NCBI RefSeq assembly: GCF_006345805.1
Contig: NW_021831658.1
Location: 1 to 35,287, forward strand
DNA: 35,287 bases
From: Octopus sinensis
Taxonomy: Eukaryota
Reading direction: 5' to 3'
A model generated the notes under the pieces. That model did not search any database, had not been told where the DNA came from, and saw only the letters and a list, made by a program, of their open reading frames with translations. Shown piece after piece: positions 1 to 10,625 of this stretch; the first letter of the stretch is position 1; every line of letters begins with the position of its first letter. The position numbers and the translations under genes were made by a program.

Positions 1-409
1 TCTGAGGTAACATTCTCTCCTGATCCTTTCCTTCATCACTGAATGCCTTATTCCGTCCCCTTCAATTAACCCTAAATACTTGTAGCTCTCCGCTGGGTCT
101 AACCCTTTTATGACGTTCTGCTGGTCATGGTTAATTTTAGATGTTTCTGTCATTTTTCCTTTGATAAAGGTAGCTTTGGCACATTTATACAGGCCAAATT
201 GCATTCTGATGTTGTCACTGAATTGTTTGACTATCGCTAGTAAGCCCTTGAGTTTTTGGTCATTTTTTGCAAAGAGCTTTAATTCATCTATGTAAATGAG
301 ATTATTTATATTTTTATCAAACATTTTATAACCGTACTGTGCATCATTGAGCAATTTCGAGAGAGGTATTAAGGCTAAACAAAGAGGAGTGGTGATAGCG
401 AGTCACCCT

Positions 410-412
<3 letters not shown>
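1..412 (-). pseudogene. R4/Dong-clade non-LTR retrotransposon reverse transcriptase fragment (copy A, 5'-truncated, runs off window edge)
   Basis: Minus-strand translation with one frameshift: QGDSLSPLLF/CLALIPLSKLLNDAQYGYKMFDKNINNLIYIDELKLFAKNDQKLKGLLAIVKQFSDNIRMQFGLYKCAK...YKYLGLIEGDGIRHSVMKERIRRECYLR. Homologous to 4075-4915; catalytic YMDD decayed to YIDE. Confidence 0.9.
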
Positions 413-444
<32 letters not shown>

Positions 445-509
445 ACACACACACTACACACACACACAAACACACACACACACCACACACAACACACACC
501 ACACACACA

Positions 510-572
<63 letters not shown>
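412..572. repeat. (CA)n microsatellite
   Basis: Direct reading; imperfect CA array abutting the LINE 5' truncation point. Confidence 0.97.
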
Positions 573-574
<2 letters not shown>

Positions 575-630
575 AAGTACTGGAGGTCGATTTGCTTGAC
601 CAAAATCTTCCAAAAGCAGTGCCCCAGCAT
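573..630 (+). mobile_element. SINE 3'-tail fragment (family D-like)
   Basis: aataagtactggaggtcgatttgcttgacc...gtgccccagcat resembles the family D tail (e.g. 8367-8430). Confidence 0.5.
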
Positions 631-880
631 TGTTCGTACTCCGACGACGGAAACTTACTCAAAGACAAAAGAAACCGCGTATTCTGTAAGTCGGTAGCGA
701 ATCCGAAACTACGTTTCCGAGTGCAAAAAGCAAACTTCTTTACCGCTTTTGTTATGTCTGCTAGCTTACTTAAATAACAAACACGATCTGTTCTTGTGAA
801 CTTGTCACCTATGTTTTTCCATTTATTTATATCGATCCGTTGCACCTGACGCGCGCCTACACGCCTACCCACGTCAGCTA
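630..880 (-). promoter_or_regulatory. CpG-rich unique segment, possible promoter / 5' UTR exon
   Basis: Many CpGs, TGACG (847-851), ACGTCA (871-876), GCGCGC; minus-strand donor-like GA|GTAAGT at 658-653. Confidence 0.25.
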
Positions 881-983
881 CAGTCTGATAGTTTTTTTTT
901 ATAAGCGTTTGAAAAAACATACTTTCAAAGTTTCATCAATCTATGTTGCTGTTCTTTATTGTATCTGGCTAACATGGTTGATA

Positions 984-995
984 GTGTGTGTGTGT

Positions 996-1024
<29 letters not shown>
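984..1024. repeat. (TG)n microsatellite
   Basis: Direct reading. Confidence 0.95.
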
Positions 1025-1027
<3 letters not shown>

Positions 1028-1137
1028 GTATTTTTTCCTTTCTTCACACTGTAGACAATTGATTTCTATCAGGCAGATAGCCAGCCACGATCTTTCTTCT
1101 GACGTACACTTTCATTTAACACAATTATTATATCTGC

Positions 1138-1333
1138 ATTGTTATTATTATTATTATTATTGTTATTATTATTGTTATTATTATTATTATTGTTGTTGTT
1201 GTTGTTGTTGTGTCTTGTTTTGTTGTTGTTGTTGTTGTTGTTGCTTGTTGTTCTTCTTCTTCTTTCTACTTCTTCTTCTTCTCTTCCTACTACTCTTCTT
1301 CTTCTATTCTTCTTATTAGTATTATTATTATTA

Positions 1334-1398
<65 letters not shown>

Positions 1399-1430
1399 TA
1401 TTATTACATATTATTATTATTATTTAATTA

Positions 1431-1461
<31 letters not shown>

Positions 1462-1496
1462 TGTATTATTATTATTATTATATTACTTATTATTAA

Positions 1497-1542
<46 letters not shown>

Positions 1543-1755
1543 TTATTATTTATTATTAATTTTATTATTATTTATTATTATTATTATTATTATCCGTATT
1601 ACTATTATTATTATTATTTATTATTATTCATTATATTATGTTATTTATTATCAATATTATTATATTATCATTTTATTATTATCATTATTATCATTATTAT
1701 TATTATTATTATTATGATTATTATTGATTATTATTATTATTATTATTATTATTTT
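1138..1755. repeat. Compound trinucleotide array (TTA/TTG/TTC)n
   Basis: Direct reading; source of poly-L/I/Y ORFs. Confidence 0.97.
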
Positions 1756-2069
1756 GTTTAAAAAAAAAATTGCTCTCTCAAACTTTTCAGCTTTCATCAT
1801 TGCTTTTTTTTTTTGTTTTTGCGTTGGAAGTTCTTAATTTCGTTTTCTTTTAACATTTTTTTCCCAACTAATATAAATCATTCATTGTGATTGTCGTGTC
1901 TGGAGTATATTTGTTTGCTGTGTGTATTTCTGCAATATATGGAGGGCAAGGCAATGAGTGATCCTCTACGTGGTTACTCGTTTTGCAAGAAACACCAGTT
2001 AAAGACAACTCAATGAACATCATACCCTCTAAGGACACACAAACACACAGAACACATTGATTGGATGAT

Positions 2070-2116
2070 GTCGTTTATTTGTTCCTTCTCGAGCCATGCC
2101 TGGTTCATAAGGGCCG
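2070..2116 (-). mobile_element. SINE 3'-tail fragment (same tail as 11670-11710 and 24950-24998)
   Basis: Reverse complement cggcccttatgaaccaggcatggctcgagaaggaacaaa matches the tail of the 11424 SINE. Confidence 0.7.
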
Positions 2117-2920
2117 TTGGTACGTTCCGAGTTCAAATTCCGCCGAGATCAACTTTGCTTATCATCGTTTCGGCATCGATAAATTAAGTACCTGTGAAAT
2201 ACTGGGGTTCGATAAAATAAATACCAGTGAAACACTGGGGTCGATGTAATTGACTAGTCCCTTTCGCACAAGTTTAAGGCCTTTTGTCTCCAGCAGAAGG
2301 GATTATTATTTTTATTAGGCGAGCTGGGATGGCGGCGAGCTGGCAGAATCGTTAGCACGGTGGACGAAATTCTTAGCGGTATTTGGCCCATCAGTACATT
2401 CCGAATTCAAAATCCGCCGACATCGACTTTGCCTTTTATCGTTTCGGGGTCGATGAATTAAGTACCAGTGAAACCCTGGGGTTGAGGTAGTCGACTTATC
2501 CCCTCCCACAAGATGGCTTCCCACGTGGAAAAATTTGAAACCATTATTAGCCGAGCTGGCAGAATCATTCACATGTAGGAGAGAACTCTTGGCGGTATCT
2601 CCTCCAGTTCTTTACTTTCTTTAGTTCAAATACCATCGAGGTCGACTTTACCTTTCATCTTTTCCGGGTCGATAAAGTAAGTTCCAGTTGAGCACTGAGG
2701 TTGATGTAATCGTCTAGCACCTCTCCACAAAACTTCAGGCATTGTGCCTATAGTGGCGTCCCTTGTAGGTCTTTAAGCTTTAGGCTCAAACACCGCCGAA
2801 GTCGACTTTGCCTTTCATCCTTTCGAGGTCGATAAACTGAGTACCATTGAAACACCGAGGTCCATGTAGTCGACTAGGCCCTTCTCTACACCCAAACTTC
2901 AGGCCTTGTGCCTATAGTAG
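2117..2920 (+). mobile_element. Cluster of about 4 partial/degraded SINE family A copies
   Basis: Repeated ggcgagctggcagaatcgttagc head and gagttcaaattccgccgaggtcgactttgcctttcatc body with B-box-like GTTCAAATTCC. Confidence 0.85.
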
Positions 2921-2924
2921 AAAG

Positions 2925-4915
2925 TATTATTATTATTATTATTATTACTTTTTTTTTTCTCTTCTTTCAATTTGCTTCCATTTCTTGCCGCGTGTCTTCC
3001 CGACTCCTAGGGCAAAGAAACTCATAGTATAGACATTGGTAGGCCATTAAACAAAACTCAGTAGTTCGTTCATTTTTTTTTTTTTTTTTAAAGTTAAATT
3101 AAAATACAGAGCAGCAACAGTTCTCACATCGACAATGCTCTTCTCAATACGTGTGATGTACCAGTTAAGACAATCTTTTGCACTTCTTGCAGGATGGTAA
3201 GCCAGGGATCATTCTCATATAATTTTCGGTTCCCTTCTTGATCATTCCTATTGCTCCTCCTACGATCACTGGTATTGTAACCGCCTTGAGATGCTACATT
3301 TTCTCTAATTTCAATGAGTAGGTCTTTATATTTTCTGAGCTTGTCAAACTCTTTCGCTGAGATATTATGATCACAGGGGATGCTCATGTCGATCAATAAG
3401 CAAACTTTATTGTTTGGGTCTTTCACAGCAATATCTGGTTTATTGGCCTTGATGGTTCGGTCTGTATGTACTGGAAAGTCCCACAGAATGGTTACATTTT
3501 CTCCTTCAGTTACAGCCTCAGGGTGGTGATTATACCACTTGTCGCAGTTTTGATATTGTAATGCCGACTTATTAGCCAGTGGAGATATTGCCAACTCTGT
3601 CATGTCTTAATTTATACTCCACTGGTGCTAAGACTTTACATCCAGAGATTAGGTGGTCCACTGTTTCAATCATGTCGTTGCAGAATCGGCATTTTGGGTC
3701 TGCTCCATTTTTCATCACATTGGCCTGGTAGTTCCGGTTATAGGCTTTGATCTTGAGCAGCCAGGATGAAACCTTCGCTCTCTGCTTTTAGCCCTGAGCT
3801 CCGTAGCACTGATGGGTTTGCTTCTGGTCAACATCAGCTTGTTTCTGCGGGTCACATATTTGCCGTGCAGAGGTTTCTCCTCCCACCTATCAGCCATTGC
3901 TCGTGCGCTTTTTTCATTGCCATCATTCACCTTCTTTGCAACAATAGTTGCCGTACTTCCCTCGGGTTGTTCAGTTTGGGTATCCTGCACGAGATCAATA
4001 GCAAATTTTTTGCTTTCCTTTATGATAGAATGGAGCTTCTTTCGTCTCTTGTGATTTTCCACGAGCTTTAGCATTCAGTCATTCGATATTTCGAGATATT
4101 TGGCCAGTCCAATTGTGGTTGTTTTGTAAGCTAGTTCAAATTGGATCAGGCCTCGACCTCCTTGGGCTCTGGGAAGGTAAAAGCGATCTACGTCTGCCTT
4201 TGGGTGGTGCATCCTATTACAACTCAGCAGCTTGCGTATTTTCCTATCTATATTCTTTACTTCACTCATATTCCAGTTCAACACATTGTAGCTATAAGTA
4301 ACAACTGGAACTGCTAAGGAATTTATAGCTAACACCTTGTTACGTGCATTTAGTTCAGATTTCAGGACTGCACGAACTCTCCTATAACATTCCTTCCTGA
4401 TTTTCTCCTTCATGCTTGCATGCTGAATATCAGAGCCTTCATTTATCCCTAAATATTTGCATGTTTGTTCTTGCTCAAGCTCTCTTATGACTGTGTCAAC
4501 ATCTAACACGACTGAATTTGTGGTCTTCATTTTCCCTTTCTGGAAAGTGGCCTTGGCACACTTCTCAAGTCCAAACTCCATCCCGATGTCATCGCTGAAT
4601 GCTTTCACGGTGCGCAAAAGGCCTTCAAGTTCATTATTGTCTTTACCATAAAGTTTTAAGTTATCCATATAAATAGATGGCTTATTTTTTTATTGGCAAT
4701 TTATACCCATACCCTGTTCTGTTTAATTCACTTGTAAGGGGTATTAGGGCTATGCAGAATATTAAAGGTGAAAGTGAGTCACCTTGAAAAATTCCACAGT
4801 TGATGTTTATATTTTCTGAGGCAAGTACTCCATTAGAGTGGTATAATTGGAGTTTCGTATTCCACAACGACATATTGTGCTTCACAAAGTTTGAAATCAC
4901 AGGGGAAATTTTGAA
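2925..4915 (-). mobile_element. 5'-truncated R4/Dong-clade LINE (RT + CCHC knuckle + restriction-like endonuclease), frameshifted, with 3' UTR and (TAA)n tail
   Basis: GIFQGDSLSPLIFCIAL...YMDNLKLY...GMEFGLEKCAK...KYLGI...AINSLAVPVVTYS...MHHPKADVDRFYLPRAQGGRGL; CRFCNDMIETVDHLISGC (3691-3638); ILWDFPVHTDRTIKANKPDIAVKD...LIDMSIP...KEFDKLRKY; stop at 3124; A-rich then TAA tail 2925-2958. Several frameshifts; YMDD now YMDN. Confidence 0.93.
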
Positions 4916-4924
4916 GAATATTAT

Positions 4925-4932
4925 TAGTATTA

Positions 4933-4995
<63 letters not shown>

Positions 4996-4996
4996 G
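4925..4996. repeat. (TTA)n/(TAA)n array at LINE 5' junction
   Basis: Direct reading. Confidence 0.95.
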
Positions 4997-5322
4997 GTGA
5001 GCTGGCAGAATCGTTAGCACGTGGGACAAAATACTTAGCGGCATCTCTTCCAGTTGTTTACGTTCTGAGTTCAAATACTGCCGAGGTCGACTTTGCATTT
5101 CATCCTTTCGGGGTCGATTAAATAAGTACCAGTTACGCACTGGGGTCGATATAATCGACTGTAATCCGTTTGTCTGCCCTTGTTTGTCCTCTCTGTGTTT
5201 GGCCCCTTGTGGGTAGGAAAGAAATAGGTATTTCGCCCGTCGGTACGTTCTGAGTTTGAATTCCGCCGAGATCAATTTTGCCTTTCATCCTGTAATCGAT
5301 TTAACCCTTCTCCCAAAATTCC
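4995..5322 (+). mobile_element. SINE family A, monomer plus partial head-less second unit
   Basis: Full head and body ending aaagaaata, then restart at ggtatttcg (5227). Confidence 0.9.
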
Positions 5323-5378
5323 AAGACGATTCAATGAATATTACAACTAAACAGTTTTTATTGTTGCAGTCAATTATG

Positions 5379-5512
5379 TGGAGGCGCGTGGCTTAATGGT
5401 TAGGGTGTTGAACTCATGATCGTAAGATTCTGATTTCGATTCCTGGCCCAGGCGATGCGTTGTATTCTTGAGCAATACACTTCATTTCGCGCTGCTTCTG
5501 TCTACTCAAAAT
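5379..5512 (+). mobile_element. tRNA-derived SINE family B (partial)
   Basis: A-box TGGCTTAATGG, B-box-like TTCGATTCC, CORE-like ttcttgagcaatacacttcattt; homologous to 24758-24900. Confidence 0.8.
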
Positions 5513-5561
5513 GTCTGTCTATCTCTCTTTCTCTCACTGTATATATACAGCAGCAACAGTC

Positions 5562-6357
5562 GAGGCGCAATGGCCCAGTGGTACGGGCAGCGGACTCGCG
5601 GTCGTAAAAAAGCGGTTTCGATTCCCAGACCGGGCATTGTGAGTATTGAGCAAAAACACCTAAGCACCACTGGGCTCCGGCCGGGGGTGGGGAATCCCGC
5701 TGTACTCTTTCACCACAACTTTCTCTCACTTTTTCTTTCTACTTCTGCCACAAAGCAGAGGAACCATGGTGTAACCCACTATGGTGTGGTAAACTTTCAG
5801 ACCCTAGTCTAGATTGCGAATCCTCTGTACCCCAGGATGGTTCAGCTCTCCACCCGTTACGGAATGAGGATAACAACGCAGCTTTAGCGCCCGTGCATCC
5901 GCTAGTCTATCGCGTGTGGTGGGTGGATCTTCAGGTTGCCACACGCATTCTTAGTAGCTTAGAGTAAGCTCAAATTAGAGAGTATTCTTTGTGGCTAATG
6001 GCGTGAGTCCTGATTGCAAGAAGAAGAAGAAGAAGAAGGAGGACGTGGAAGGGGAGGGGGAGAAGAAGAAGAAGAAGGAGAAGGATAATAATAATAATAA
6101 TAATAATAATAGAAAGAAGAAGAAGACGAAAAAGAAGAAGGAGGAAGAGGAGAAGAAAGAGAAGAAGAAGAAGAAGAAGAAGAAGAAGAAGAGGAGGAGA
6201 AGAAGAAGACGACGAAAAAGAAGAAGGAAAAGAAGAAGAGGAGGAGGAGGAGAAGGAGGAGAATGAGAAGAAGAAGAAGAAGAGGAGGAGGAAGAAGAAG
6301 AAGAAGAAGAAGAAGAAGAAGAAGAAGAAGAAGAAGGAGAAGAATAAGAATAAGAAG
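5562..6357 (+). mobile_element. tRNA-derived SINE family C with tail type 1 and expanded (AAG)n-derived tail
   Basis: A-box TGGCCCAGTGG, B-box-like TTCGATTCCC; unique tail 5760-6017; AAG/AAT/GAG array 6018-6357; 12-bp TSD ACAGCAGCAACA at 5547-5558 and 6358-6369. Confidence 0.85.
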
Positions 6358-6694
6358 ACAGCAGCAACATCTACAGCAATTGCAAAAATAACCACCACCA
6401 CCAACAAAACAACAACAACAACAGTAACAACAAAGCTATCAAATCAAAGGTAACACAGAAAGTATAGTTATAGGGGTCAATAAAGCGCCACACTTAACAT
6501 GACTTATAACGCCAAGAATCTGTGTTCAATTGTTCGTATTCATTAAGTTAACCTATTTAAACCGGATATGAATTCTTTGCCTCTATATTATAATTGTACA
6601 AAATGTGTATCTGCTTAAGCCACACAGACTGATGAGTCACTGTCTTCAGAATTCATAATGGTGTACACTCCCTATATTCATTATGCATAGACAT

Positions 6695-6708
6695 ATATGC
6701 ATATATGC

Positions 6709-6758
<50 letters not shown>

Positions 6759-6879
6759 GCATATATGCATATATATATAATATTATATATATATATATAT
6801 AATATATATAATATATATATATATATATACATGTACATGTACACACACACAGACCACACATACACACACACATATATAC

Positions 6880-6922
<43 letters not shown>

Positions 6923-7080
6923 CTTGTTTCACATTTATGTGCTTACTCTGGTATATTTATATATATATGTATGTATGTATAATATATATGGTGTGTGTGT
7001 GTGTGTGTATGTGTGTGTTGTGTGGTGCCTGTGTATGTATGTATGTATGTATGTATGTATGTATATATACATACTTACAT
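6695..7080. repeat. Compound (TA)n/(CA)n/(TG)n/(TATG)n array
   Basis: Direct reading. Confidence 0.95.
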
Positions 7081-7374
7081 TTATACGTATAAATATACAC
7101 ATACACATGCACACACACTCAAACACACAAATATGTATATGTATACATATTTTTTTAGTTCAGTTATAATTAAAGAACATAGTTTTACATTATTTCGATG
7201 GGTTATTTTATACTTTTGATAGAGAACAAATATATAATATATACATCTATTATTCTTACGCAAGAAACTTCGAAGTTTCAGCCAGCTAAGCTACCACCGG
7301 ACGACGATTGCTTCGACAATGGTTCAAATGTACTGCCAACAACGATCTTGTATAAGAATTATATATATATATAT

Positions 7375-7405
<31 letters not shown>

Positions 7406-7568
7406 GGCGCAGGTGTGGCTGTGTGGTAAGTAGCTTGCTTACGAACCACATGGTTCCGGGTTCAGTCCCACTGCGTGGCACCTTGGGCAAGTGTCTTCTA
7501 CTATAGCCTCAGGCCGACCAAAGCCTTGTGAGTGGATTTGGTAGACGGAAACTGAAAGAAGCCCGTCG

Positions 7569-7601
<33 letters not shown>

Positions 7602-7604
7602 ATA

Positions 7605-7638
<34 letters not shown>

Positions 7639-7982
7639 ATGTTGTGTTTGTGTGGTGCCTGTGTATGTATGTATGTATGTATGTATGTATATTATACATA
7701 CTTACATTTATACGTATATATAACACATACACATGCACACACACTCAAACACACAATATGTTATGTATACATATTTTTTTAGTTCAGTTATAATAAAGAA
7801 CATAGTTTTACATTATTTCGATGGGTTATTTTTTACTTTTGATAGAGAACAAATATATAATATATACATCTATTATCTTACGCAAGAAACTTCGAAGTTT
7901 CAGCCAGCTAAGCTACCACCGGACGACGATTGCTTCGACAATGGTTCAAATGTACTGCCAACAACGATCTTGTATACAGAAT

Positions 7983-8015
<33 letters not shown>

Positions 8016-8185
8016 TATCTATATAGGCGCGGTGTGGCTGTGTGGTAAGTAGCTTGCTTACGAACCACATGGTTCCGGGTTCAGTCCACTGCGTGGCACC
8101 TTGGGCAATGTCTTCTACTATAGCCTCAGGCCGACCAAAGCCTTGTGAGTGGATTTGGTAGACGGAAACTGAAAGAAGCCCGTCG

Positions 8186-8224
<39 letters not shown>

Positions 8225-8230
8225 TATTAT
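6990..8230 (+). repeat. About 620-bp tandem duplication (two units, ~6990-7615 and ~7615-8230)
   Basis: Matching landmarks at offsets 620-630: tgtggtgcct 7021/7651, caagaaac 7261/7883, ggcgc 7406/8026. Confidence 0.92.
7406..7575 (+). mobile_element. CORE-type SINE family D, 5' half (created by the duplication)
   Basis: ggcgcaggtgtggctgtgtggtaagtag...ggcaccttgggcaagtgtcttc (CORE-like)...gaaagaagcccgtcg; no 3' half follows. Confidence 0.9.
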
Positions 8231-8232
8231 TA

Positions 8233-8264
<32 letters not shown>

Positions 8265-8470
8265 TTGTTTGTGTGTCTGTGTTTGTCCCCCTAGCATTGC
8301 TTGACAACCGATGCTGCTGTGTTTGTGTCCCCGTCACTTAGCGGTTCGGCAAAAGAGACCGATAGAATAAGTACTGGGCTTACAAAGAATTAGTCGAGTT
8401 GCTCGATTTAATGCGGTGCTCCAGCATGGCCGCAGTCAAATGGCTGAAACAGGTTAAAGAGTAAAAGAGT
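8026..8470 (+). mobile_element. CORE-type SINE family D, complete
   Basis: Head, CORE-like block, central (TA)/(TG) tract, 3' half ending ggccgcagtcaaatggctgaaacaggttaaagagtaaaagag. Confidence 0.92.
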
Positions 8471-8557
8471 ATATATATGTATATATATAAATGTAATATG
8501 TGACAATTATTCGGTAGCCAAGATAAAACTGGCAGGTCACGAATATGGTTTTTATTA

Positions 8558-8975
8558 TCTCTCTATATATAAATCTGAAGTTGTCTGTGTATGGCAGGTT
8601 TGGCAGCCTTCAACTAACACTATCTCCTCCGAGACCCTGCGGCACAAGTTGACCAAAATTGAGAGTATGATAGTAGAAGGCTTGCTCTTCCTTCCGTAGA
8701 AGAAAAAATTCAAATCGGACCATGTTAACACCAAAAATTATTTACATCAAAAAGGTGCTTTTTTTCTATGACAATCCCTATTTTTTATGATTTTTTGACT
8801 GCTGTCTCGCCATTTTTCAATGTATTTCAACCAGAAAAATGTTCAACGAAATAATGTAAAACTATGTTCTTTAATTATAAATGAACTAAAAAAAAACAGA
8901 TATATATATATACATATTTGTGTGTTTGAGTGTGTGTGCATGTGTATGTGTATATTTATATGTATATATGCATGT
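8558..8975 (+). mobile_element. Non-autonomous Helitron-like element, 5' part only
   Basis: A|TCTCTCTATATATAAATCTGAAGTTGTCTG start parallels A|TCTTTATATATAAAACTGTAGTTGTGTG of the intact 10626 element; no hairpin-CTAG 3' end found. Confidence 0.55.
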
Positions 8976-9043
8976 ATCGTTAAAAATATTATTACTATCC
9001 AGCAAAAATAAAGCATCATAAAAGGTAGAATTATAAATGTATA

Positions 9044-9495
9044 AAGCGGATGTACATGAAGTACGATCATTGCTAGAAATAGAAGCTGCTAAAGCATCGG
9101 CGCTATGTAGAGCTTCACTGGATGTTTACAGGCAGAGATGTTTGCGGCTGGTGAATATAGATAAAGGAAAATTCTGTCTTACCTCTACGAAGACCGTTAG
9201 AGGAATGAAGGATAAACTAAGACTGCGGTTTCAAACTGAGGTGAATGTTTTAAAATTTCGTCATCAATGGTAGATTCAACTCTTTTTCTCTTTTCTCTTT
9301 TACTTGTTTCAGTCATTTGACTGCGGCCATGCTGGAGCACCGCCTTTAGTCGATCAAATCAACCCCGGGACTTATTCTTTGTAAGCCCAGTACTTATTCT
9401 ATCGGTCTCTTTTGCCGAACCGCTAAGTGACGGGGACATAAACACACCAGCATCGGTTGTCAAGCAATGCTAGGGGGACAAACACAGACACACAA

Positions 9496-9546
<51 letters not shown>

Positions 9547-9944
9547 TACGACAGGCTTCTTTCAGTTTCCGTCTATCAAATCCACTCACAAGGCATTGGT
9601 CGGCCCGGGGCTATAGCAGAAGACACTTGCCCAAGATGCCACGCAATGGGACTGAACCTGCAACAATGTGGTTGGTTAGCAAGCTACTTACCACACAGCC
9701 ACTCCTGCGCCTGAAGATAATCAATCGGATTCACGCTCACGCAAATCATCCGTGAAGTTTGGAACTGCAGTATTGAATTATCCTTCATTCCTCTAACGGT
9801 CTCCCTTGAGGCAAGACAGAATTTTCCTATATTCACCGACCGCAAACATCTTTGTCTCTAAACATTCAGTGAAGCTCTAAATAGCACTGATAGCTTACCG
9901 GCTGCTATTTCTAGCAATGATCGTACTTCGAGTATATCTGTTTT
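9044..9944. mobile_element. Foldback/MITE-like element with ~190-bp inverted arms, split centrally by a SINE
   Basis: 9058 gaagtacgatcattgctagaaatag...gaccgttagaggaatgaaggataa is the reverse complement of about 9775-9929. Confidence 0.85.
9279..9711 (-). mobile_element. SINE family D, complete
   Basis: Reverse complement of family D head to tail. Confidence 0.93.
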
Positions 9945-9971
9945 GTGTGTGTATATATATATATATATATA

Positions 9972-10040
9972 TTAACGGGAAGCTTTATGAAAATAAACAA
10001 AAGACGAAGGCAGGTGGAAAACAAACGAACAATTGTATTA
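9972..10040 (-). mobile_element. Fragment of the 14618-14812 repeat family, between (TA)n tracts
   Basis: aacaaaagacgaaggcaggtgg...aaacaaacgaacaattgtatta matches 14640-14685. Confidence 0.7.
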
Positions 10041-10119
10041 TATATATATGTGTGTGTGTGTGTGGGTGTGTGTGTATGTGAATATGACTATTTTCATATG
10101 TGTATAGTTAGCACTTGAA

Positions 10120-10525
10120 GGGTAACGCAAAGGGGGCTAGTCAGCAAAGTATGCCCCTCGTTCGAGAATCGCCAGGATGAATCAAAAGGTTTTATATATT
10201 TTCCCAGATGATTTTCTGGCAAGTTTTGTCTCCACGCTATAACCTCAATTTAAAACGACTTGGGATCAAATCGTTGCCGAACGTTTTATTCTTTACTTTC
10301 GTATATAACACATGAATATTAAAAAAAAAACTTTTTACTTTAAACCTTTCATAATGAGTGGTGAAAAAACTGCAATTAGAGCCATTTACGCTACCTGTAT
10401 AAAAAAAAAGGATTCATTGCAAGGGCAGCAGCAAAAGAAATTAATGATATGATAGGCCAATGAACTGTCAACGAACGTGTGACACAAACTAGCTCAAATG
10501 TTTCAAGGAAGGTGACACCAGAACC
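10120..10525 (+). pseudogene. Mariner (Tc1/mariner) transposase N-terminal HTH remnant with probable 5' flank
   Basis: From ATG 10354, with frameshifts: MSGEKTAIRAIYATC../KGFIARAAAKEINDMIGQ*TVNERVTQ../*LKCFKEGDT, matching the mariner pattern K..A..AA..I...G...V.ER....WF..F..GD. 5' boundary uncertain. Confidence 0.65.
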
Positions 10526-10625
10526 ACAGATCTACATGAGCAACCTGCCACGATATTTGTGGTGGGTTCCTATGAAACAATTTACTTAATGTTGACTTCA
10601 TAACTTAAAATCTTTGATGTCTATA

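Noticed and set aside
344-1761. ORFs with poly-VC, HT, L, I, Y tracts, including 375-920 ending in QGDSLSPLLFV
   Set aside because: Translations of microsatellites; the RT motif is fused to the TG array by chance.
5970-7744. Poly-K/E/S/L and YI-repeat ORFs
   Set aside because: Derived from AAG and TA arrays with no stop in some frames.
7198-8026. Duplicated peptide ETSKFQPAKLPPDDDCFDNGSNVLPTTILY as an exon
   Set aside because: No recognisable homology, no good donor, and its repetition is explained by the tandem duplication.
9037-9273. 78-aa ORF
   Set aside because: Lies in one arm of the foldback element; no domain similarity.
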